Shown: positions 31,690 through 38,015 of the stretch, piece by piece
Position numbering within the stretch: position 1 is the first letter of the stretch
Layout of the letters: each line of letters starts with the position of its first letter
IMG/VR virus record: IMGVR_UViG_3300045988_179251
Location: 1 to 42,146 of that record
Length of the DNA stretch: 42,146 nucleotides
Source of the DNA: a virus
Reading direction: 5' to 3' (one strand)
The notes under the pieces: model-generated
The model's database searches: none
What the model saw: only the letters and a program-made list of their open reading frames with translations
What the model was told of the DNA's origin: nothing
Position numbers and translations under genes: made by a program

Positions 31690-31997
31690 TTGTCCCCCCA
31701 CAGTTTTGTCTTGATTTCGGCGAGCAGTTCCCGAAGCTCCCATGCTCCCTCTCTTCCCTTCACAGTTGTTATTGTTTCGTTCGTTCCAGTGTTTCGAATG
31801 GTCACCGAATACTCGCCTCCCACAATGTTGAGAGTGCACCCGTATCGTTTTCCGGTGACGTCCAAGTAGAGGACAGGCAGGTCACTGTCTACCCTGGCGT
31901 CCTCGCCGACGTCTAACAGGATGGACTCGCAGCGCGAGTCATTGAGCATTTCAGCCACGAACTGGGTCACGACCGAGCGCAGCTCATCGTCGATCAC
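31686..31997 (-). CDS. Hypothetical early protein
   Basis: 103-aa ORF with 4-nt overlaps on both sides. Confidence 0.6.
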   Translation of the reverse strand: MIDDELRSVVTQFVAEMLNDSRCESILLDVGEDARVDSDLPVLYLDVTGKRYGCTLNIVGGEYSVTIRNTGTNETITTVKGREGAWELRELLAEIKTKLWGDK

Positions 31998-32329
31998 GAC
32001 TCCCGCCTTTCCATCATGCCAGCCAGCTCCATGAAGCGATTCACGGCATTGACGATGGTGTCCCTCTCAGCGCCGTTCTCGTCCAAAATGACATGATTCG
32101 ACAACTGAACGACGCGAACCCGCCACCTCTCATCTTTCGTGACAACAATTCTGAAAACGGTCCTATCAACAGGGTTCCTGGCCGTCGCCTTGAAAAGAAC
32201 ACCGAAAAGACGGCCGCCCTCATTGTTGCCGTGCAAGGCGGTGATCGAACACTGAGGCCACTGGGCGAAATCGCCAACACAACTAGCAAGAAAAGCGAAC
32301 ACCGCCCTATCGACAGCAGAGTCACTCAC
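31994..32329 (-). CDS. Hypothetical early protein
   Basis: 111-aa ORF with 4-nt overlaps on both sides. Confidence 0.6.
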   Translation of the reverse strand: MSDSAVDRAVFAFLASCVGDFAQWPQCSITALHGNNEGGRLFGVLFKATARNPVDRTVFRIVVTKDERWRVRVVQLSNHVILDENGAERDTIVNAVNRFMELAGMMERRES

Positions 32330-32604
32330 TTGTCGTCCGCCTTACTGCGGTTCGCCGCGACAATCAAAGCGCGATGGACGAACTCACCAACACTCTCCGG
32401 AGGAATCGCGATGCTCTTCCGCTTAACATGCCTTGCCCTCACCGTGTCGCCGGCGACCACAATACGGCAAGTGCTGCCGATAGTGATGATGCCGCCGTCA
32501 TAAATCTTACGGGCAGGCGCATGCACATTGAACTCGTGACGGCGCCCGTCATTATTCCACTCGCAGACCGCCTGGGAGACAACCGTTCCGAAAACTGTAC
32601 CCAT
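32326..32604 (-). CDS. Hypothetical early protein
   Basis: 92-aa ORF preceded by TTAGGAAGAGAGAAACATTACT-ATG. Confidence 0.6.
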   Translation of the reverse strand: MGTVFGTVVSQAVCEWNNDGRRHEFNVHAPARKIYDGGIITIGSTCRIVVAGDTVRARHVKRKSIAIPPESVGEFVHRALIVAANRSKADDK

Positions 32605-32669
32605 AGTAATGTTTCTCTCTTCCTAAATACTGTGATGAATACTACTATTCACTGTCGAGTGGCGTGTAC

Positions 32670-33161
32670 TTAAATGTCGGAGCCGATCACCTCCTCCACA
32701 GGCACGCCCACCAAATCACACAGATCAGCCAGACTGTCTCTGGCGTCAGACTGAGCGCACTCCCACACTGGCGAACCTTTCCTACTGTCCCTCATTTCTT
32801 CCAGGCAAAGAATGAAATCGTACGCCAGACGGGCACTCTCCATCTTCACCTCGTGCCGCTTAATGTGCTTGTGAATCCATCTAGCCGCAACAGCCGTGTT
32901 CTCACCCTTGGTGGCAATCTTTCTCCACCACGCATCCACTGCCGTGTTTTTCGGGCTGAAATACCATGTCGTCGGCCTACCGTCGTCGAAAACATACGTC
33001 TCGACAGTGCCGCTCTTAGTATCCCAAATAATGGCGGTGAAACCATCACTATCGTGATAGTAGGAAGTGGCAGACGGCATATTCTCCCGAATAAGCCCCA
33101 TCTCAACGTCCCGGTCAGTTACCCCCTCAATGTTGGGGTCGTCACATTCAAACCATAGCAT
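32670..33161 (-). CDS. Hypothetical early protein
   Basis: 163-aa ORF preceded by AGGAAGAGAGAGAGGAAGAGAATA-ATG. Confidence 0.6.
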   Translation of the reverse strand: MLWFECDDPNIEGVTDRDVEMGLIRENMPSATSYYHDSDGFTAIIWDTKSGTVETYVFDDGRPTTWYFSPKNTAVDAWWRKIATKGENTAVAARWIHKHIKRHEVKMESARLAYDFILCLEEMRDSRKGSPVWECAQSDARDSLADLCDLVGVPVEEVIGSDI

Positions 33162-33199
33162 TATTCTCTTCCTCTCTCTCTTCCTGGAATTGCGGCTGG

Positions 33200-34114
33200 T
33201 CAGACGATCACACTGTCAGGAATCTCCCGGATCCGAGCGCAGAACTGCCCCCACACCTCCTCCACGGCATCCGACCGGTCAAGAGAATACAACCTACCGG
33301 GGGAAAACTCTGCACCACCCCCGTTCGCGCTCACAACAATCTGCCCAATAATCTCACCATTGAAATAGGCGACAATCAAAGAATCCTCCGCCATAGCGAG
33401 AGTGATACCACAAGCGTCCGCCACCGAAACGAGACCATCCATGACCGAGGCGCCCACAACAAGACGGTCAAACATTTCCTGCACCTTATCCGCAAGGTTC
33501 TCAGTACAAGTCACACTAACATTGGTCACCCAGCCGAGAGTTTCAATATTGTCCACGGTCAACGCGACCTCACCGGAAACGAACATCATCTCACCAATCG
33601 GCTTCGTGTAAATGTGGAACCTTGAAGAATGCGTGAGCTGCCTCGCCGGCCTCCACGAGACAGCAGCTTCAATGGGAGTGCGGGAATGCTCAACGACAGG
33701 ATCATGGGAGAGAGCGTCCACAAAGTGGTCCCAGATGAGGCACTTCGACACGTCCTCACCCGAAAACTTGCCAACGCCCAGCTCGACGCCGCTTCGCCTC
33801 ATACCAACCATCATGGTGCCAATCGTCGACCCGCCGGACGACACTGTCAGAGTCGAAAACTCGTCCCCGTCGATATAGAGGCCGTGCTCATCGGCCAGGG
33901 TAAGAATGCGATCGTAAATTTTCGCCATACACACCATGGAAGCCAGCGCCTCATTAGCGGAACAACGGTCGTCCGGAAATTCGGAGAGGTAGACGGGCAC
34001 AAGGCGGTCGGACAAAAGAATGTCCTCCCTGTCCATGATCTGCGTTGTGCCGTCCAACCAAATACCACGCGACCAATTCGTAACGTCAATGGTGAAATGC
34101 GCGTCATAAAACAT
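33200..34114 (-). CDS. Hypothetical early protein with an apparent internal duplication
   Basis: The ATG at 34114 is preceded by AGGAAGAGATACATA. Two roughly 90-aa halves share a pattern (see findings). Confidence 0.6.
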   Translation of the reverse strand: MFYDAHFTIDVTNWSRGIWLDGTTQIMDREDILLSDRLVPVYLSEFPDDRCSANEALASMVCMAKIYDRILTLADEHGLYIDGDEFSTLTVSSGGSTIGTMMVGMRRSGVELGVGKFSGEDVSKCLIWDHFVDALSHDPVVEHSRTPIEAAVSWRPARQLTHSSRFHIYTKPIGEMMFVSGEVALTVDNIETLGWVTNVSVTCTENLADKVQEMFDRLVVGASVMDGLVSVADACGITLAMAEDSLIVAYFNGEIIGQIVVSANGGGAEFSPGRLYSLDRSDAVEEVWGQFCARIREIPDSVIV

Positions 34115-34158
34115 TATGTATCTCTTCCTGATACTCGTGTTGCCAGAATTGCGGGGGG

Positions 34159-34341
34159 TTACCGGACTCCTATCGCCCCCCACAGGACCCAGATAGCCGC
34201 CACGACACCGAGCGTCCCGATCACGGCGAAGCATGATGCGGTCAGGTAGATGATGGCGGCCAGGATGATTTCGCTGCTCCGTCTCAACGGGCGGCGGGTC
34301 GCGGCGTTGGTGCGCCTTGGTGCCGCATGCCTCATGCTCAT
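34159..34341 (-). CDS. Small membrane protein (first gene of the leftward arm)
   Basis: The ATG at 34341 is preceded by AGAGAAGGAACC. The protein is 60 aa with a basic N-terminus and a long hydrophobic segment (IILAAIIYLTASCFAVIGTLGVVAAIWVLWGAI). Confidence 0.5.
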   Translation of the reverse strand: MSMRHAAPRRTNAATRRPLRRSSEIILAAIIYLTASCFAVIGTLGVVAAIWVLWGAIGVR

Positions 34342-35121
34342 GGTTCCTTCTCTTTCTTCGTGGTGGTCTTGGTTGTGGTGCGGGGCTGCTGTCTTGCTCC
34401 CGATAGCCTTAACTCTAGGGGCCCGACGCTCGCCCGTCCACCCCACCTCGGTGAGACGTCCGCCACACTGTGGGGTTTGGTTTCCGACGTCGTCGGCCCA
34501 CCGCCCCAGAGCGCCATGAAAGGCGGACGGGTGATGGGGCGCATGCGGCCACGTCCGCCGTCCCGCGCGATCACGAGACGAAAGACGCAATGCCGGCCCA
34601 GCTCAGTCAAACCTTTCAGATTGGGTGGGCTGGTATGTCATTGCCGTCCTCTGTCACATCGCCTCACATGACGTTAATACCATTCTCTTCCAGTACACCC
34701 CCGATCTCCTCAACTGTCCCGAGGACGACGAGGCCCCACCTTCGACGACGAGGGCGGGGCCTCAGTGCGTCTACTGCGGAAGGGCGGTGTGTGATGGGGG
34801 CATGTGGTGCCGGCCACCAGGGTACTGATCTTTCACAGTTTCTGTTAACCTCCCGTTCATCTTGTTCACTTCCCGTTTACTTTCCCACACAAGTGGGTTG
34901 TTTGCTAGCAACCGGGGTTCTAGGGTGAAAACACCCGTTTGTGTTACTACAATATAGGTGCGTGTTGTCACAGTTTCTGTTCATGTGGCAAGGGATCGTG
35001 TCAGGGTGTTCCTTGTGATTGCAGCGTTTAGTCCCTGTTGCGGTTGTTTTGTTGGCAGTGTTTGTTGCGGTGACTTTAGTCCCGTATGCTACACTCGAGT
35101 AGACGAATCGTCGAAGACGAT

Positions 35122-35186
35122 CTGCGGCGCAGCCGCTGAGGAGCCCTAGCGACGCAAGCGAGCGTCAGCGCCGCAGGGTGTTTTCG
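35122..35186 (+). terminator. Terminator-like branched stem-loop with a U-tract
   Basis: CTGCGGCGC (35122-35130) pairs with GCGCCGCAG (35168-35176). An inner helix is GACGC/GCGTC. The element is followed by GGTGTTTTCG. Confidence 0.4.
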
Positions 35187-35215
35187 AAGAGCTCGCCACT
35201 GTGTTGGGCCCAACC

Positions 35216-35290
35216 TATACTCTTAAAAGAGTACTAGAATTAGACACTGTCTAACGCAACTAGACGGTGTCTAATTATGGAACACGTGTT
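35216..35290. promoter_or_regulatory. Cluster of operator-like palindromes in an AT-rich patch
   Basis: TATACT at 35216-35221. TACTCTT-AA-AAGAGTA at 35218-35233. TTAGACA-C-TGTCTAA at 35240-35254. CTAGACGGTGTCTAA at 35260-35274. AACACGTGTT at 35281-35290. Confidence 0.45.
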
Positions 35291-35401
35291 ATAACGTAAT
35301 TAATGTTCGATGGTGAACATGGTGATCGTTAACAGTGAACAGTGTGTTTGTGGTAGAAGTAACACACGCCGCATTAGGTGGACGCGCACACGAACACAGT
35401 A

Positions 35402-35461
35402 GGCGGCTGTCGTGCTACGTGCGTGCTCGCAGGGCTGCGCGCGCACTACACGACACCCGCC
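35402..35461 (+). promoter_or_regulatory. Conserved nested hairpin, copy A (followed by a polypurine tract 35467-35530)
   Basis: The outer stem is GGCGGCTGTCGTG/CACGACACCCGCC. The inner stem is GTGCGTGC/GCGCGCAC around the loop TCGCAGGGCT. The core is shared with copy B. Confidence 0.55.
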
Positions 35462-35633
35462 ATACCAGAACAAAGAAAGAAAGGAAGGAAGAAAAGCGGA
35501 AGAGGAAGGAAAAGAGGAAGAAGAACAAGGAGTAGTGTTAGACGGTGGAGGCGCTCGTCTCGCTGACGCTGCGACGCGCCACCACCTAACACCAACAAGA
35601 AAGACGAGAAGAAGAGAGCAGCAGTGAGCAGCA

Positions 35634-35978
35634 GTGAGCAGAACAAGCACACGCGAACACAAACAATTCAGAAAACAAGTACTCGCCAGAGCACAAGCCA
35701 TGGGCATCACACACTGCCCAGCATGCGGAGTAAAACTCCAATACAACAATGATGGACAACGCAAACTCAACAGTGCCGAGGCAGACCACATAATCCCAGC
35801 ATCACTAGGCGGAACCAACCACCCAGACAACGGCAGAGTATTATGCGCCAAATGCAACAGCAGACGAGGCAACGGACGAGGAGGCAAAGGCAGAGCACGC
35901 CACTACCAAAAAAACAAGGAGGAAAGAGACAGGCTACCCATCGCAGTCATGCCCACACGACACAGTGACACATGGTAG
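35634..35978 (+). CDS. HNH endonuclease (packaging-associated type)
   Basis: CPACG ... ADHIIPASLGGTNHPDNGRVLCAKCNSRRGN is a clear HNH motif with a zinc-binding CxxC pair. It lies upstream of the terminase. The GTG start is uncertain. Confidence 0.8.
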   Translation: MSRTSTREHKQFRKQVLARAQAMGITHCPACGVKLQYNNDGQRKLNSAEADHIIPASLGGTNHPDNGRVLCAKCNSRRGNGRGGKGRARHYQKNKEERDRLPIAVMPTRHSDTW

Positions 35979-36069
35979 ACACACACCACAGCCATTCCAA
36001 CAAAGAGAAAGGCGGGGAATAGAACAGAACAAAAGAGAAGACAAGACAAAGCAACAAGAAGAACAGGAT

Positions 36070-36126
36070 GGTGTTCGGGGATAACGTGCGTGCTCGCAGA
36101 GCTGCGCGCGCACTACCCCGAACACC
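36070..36126 (+). promoter_or_regulatory. Conserved nested hairpin, copy B (followed by a polypurine tract 36131-36175)
   Basis: The outer stem is GGTGTTCGGGG/CCCCGAACACC. The inner stem and loop are the same as copy A (loop TCGCAGAGCT). Confidence 0.55.
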
Positions 36127-37271
36127 AATAACAAGAAAGGAAGAGGAAGAGGAAGACGGAGAAGACAAGCAACGAGACCATCACACCCGTCGCACCACCG
36201 CCATTCCACAACAACACAACCCTGCCGCATTAACGCAACCCCAAACCAACAATGCTATGACAACAAACACAAAGAAGAGAGAGAAAAAAGAGAAACAAAC
36301 CACAATTCCACACACCACGACAACACACCCCCACCGCCCTTCTACAACACAACACCACACGTCACACCATAAGACAATGCGCACACCACAGTAAACAACA
36401 CGCACTGAAACACACGGCACACAATAGCGGTAGGCCGACAACAAACACCACCACCATCCACCCCCCACACGAACACTGCAACACACAAGACAGGAAAAGA
36501 GCAAGACAACACAAGAGGAACAAGACAATACGAAGGGGAAGCGGGACAACACGAGGTGCCGGCCCCGTTCCGAAACACCGGGCATCACAGCACACACCAC
36601 ACCCCGCCATCCAACGGGCCCACCACGCGAACGGAATGGGGACGCCAACATTCGAAAGGGGGACGCCAACACACGGACGGGGATACCAGTAACACAGCCG
36701 CCCTCCCATCACCATGCCACCCACCATCCGCCATGCCACCCCACCACCCACGACGGCCCCACCCACCACCACGACAAGGGGGGGGGCGATCGGAGGATAC
36801 CCCACCACACGAAGACCACGGACAGACACGCACCCGCACACCGCATCACCCGGCAACGAACAGCATACGACACGATCGCAGTACTGATGAGTACTGCACT
36901 GGGATGGGCGGGGCACGGGCCGGGCTGCACGCACTGGGCGGACAGCAGCAGCACACCCACCGCCATTCCACAACAGCACACCGATGAGAGATGGACACCA
37001 TCCGCTGTCCCACCTCGCACTGATCGCGTTCACACAACCAACGAACAACAATGATCAACAATGACCAACAATCAATGTTCAATGATTGAACAACAATCAA
37101 TGAACGATGAACATGATGATGATCAATCATCATCATGATGAACACAATGAACATGATGATGAACACATGATGATGATGTGATGCATGACATGCATACCAA
37201 TACCATGCACCATGCATGGTGCCAACGCATGCCGCAAAGGCAACACAACGCACAAACGCACAAATGCATAA

Positions 37272-37303
37272 AAATGTTATAAAACAAAAGAAATGTTATA
37301 AAA
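37272..37303. repeat. Two AT-rich 13-mers AAATGTTATAAAA (37272-37284 and 37291-37303)
   Basis: Exact direct repeat inside the most AT-rich stretch of the window (about 37255-37330). Confidence 0.6.
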
Positions 37304-37549
37304 ACATGCAAAAAAATTCAAAGGCACGAACCAAACAACGGCGTTCAAAAAACCATGGCAACATTTCGAGGCGAACACAAAGGGGGCCCCAACACCATAA
37401 GGGATCCCTTAAACGTGGGACCCACATCACAAAACAAGGCGGAGACCAGACAAAACGAGACGCACACCACACAATTCATGTGATGGGGGCCACTCCCCCT
37501 CCCCCATCCGGCCGCGAACACCCCGAAGGTCTGCCCATCTCTCCCTGCT

Positions 37550-37688
37550 TGTGGAAAACCCTGTGGATAACTCCAGTAACCCAGACCACAATGTGACCAT
37601 CATCATGTGGAAAGCTCCCAAACCTGTGGAAAACCCTGTGGAAAACTCTCCAGGTTGTGGACAACCCTGTGGAAAACCTTGTGGACAA
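37550..37688 (-). promoter_or_regulatory. Array of eight DnaA-box-like 9-mers, all in one orientation (candidate origin, DnaA-titration site or terminase recognition repeats)
   Basis: + strand TGTGGAAAA at 37550, 37625, 37637 and 37668. TGTGGATAA at 37562. TGTGGAAAG at 37606. TGTGGACAA at 37656 and 37680. Reverse complements are TTTTCCACA, TTATCCACA, CTTTCCACA and TTGTCCACA. Confidence 0.6.
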
Positions 37689-37730
37689 CCTCACCAGACG
37701 TGACCGACACCACCGCATATAATAGAAAAC

Positions 37731-38012
37731 ATGACAACCCACACAAACACCACAATCACTGTATACGAACCAAACAGCCCCACCCCCATAACCGACGCCA
37801 CAAACACAAACAACCCCACACTCATACGCCAAGCACTTGCACACAAAATCGCCACCGTCATAGACGACCCAAGAACAGGCGACACAGCACTCACAAAACT
37901 CACAGCACAACTCATACAAATCACAGACCAACTAGCCACCACACAAAACGAAAACACACACCCGGACACCACCGACATTCCAAACGAAACACAAACCTGG
38001 GACGGCATCTAA
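37731..38012 (+). CDS. Hypothetical protein in the small-terminase position
   Basis: 93-aa ORF ending 3 nt before terL. The central part (LIRQALAHKIATVIDDPRTGDTALTKLTAQLIQITDQL) looks helical and protein-like. There is no clear Shine-Dalgarno and the region is compositionally biased. Confidence 0.35.
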   Translation: MTTHTNTTITVYEPNSPTPITDATNTNNPTLIRQALAHKIATVIDDPRTGDTALTKLTAQLIQITDQLATTQNENTHPDTTDIPNETQTWDGI

Positions 38013-38015
38013 ACA

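Noticed and set aside
34342-34971. Possible small genes upstream of the early arm: the long form of 34159-34590 (-), a 67-aa Cys-containing + ORF (34625-34828, GTG start) and a 66-aa - ORF (34771-34971, GTG start)
   Set aside because: None has a Shine-Dalgarno-like sequence, both small ORFs need GTG starts, and one contains an 8-bp GC hairpin. The + ORF with CVYCGRAVCDGGMWC could be a small zinc-ribbon regulator divergent from the early operon, but the sequence alone does not support calling it.
34834-34981. 13-bp direct repeat CACAGTTTCTGTT (34834-34846 and 34969-34981) considered as an attP core or integration site
   Set aside because: No integrase, excisionase or repressor gene was recognised in the genome. 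The repeats are more likely operator or promoter-associated, or part of the candidate small RNA.
35402-36175. Hairpin plus polypurine modules considered as retron or DGR-like or reverse-transcription primers, or as tRNA-like genes
   Set aside because: No reverse transcriptase gene is present anywhere in the genome, there is no template/variable repeat pair, and the hairpins do not fold into a cloverleaf.
35300-37931. Long minus-strand ORFs (35300-35887, 36181-36672, 36362-37051, 36846-37253, 37476-37931) and + ORFs (36068-36394, 36556-36987, 37216-37596) in the gene-poor region
   Set aside because: All are Cys/Val/Gly/Trp-rich (- strand) or Thr/His/Pro/Lys-rich (+ strand) low-complexity translations of a compositionally skewed sequence. 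They overlap each other in several frames, and I saw no start context or motif.
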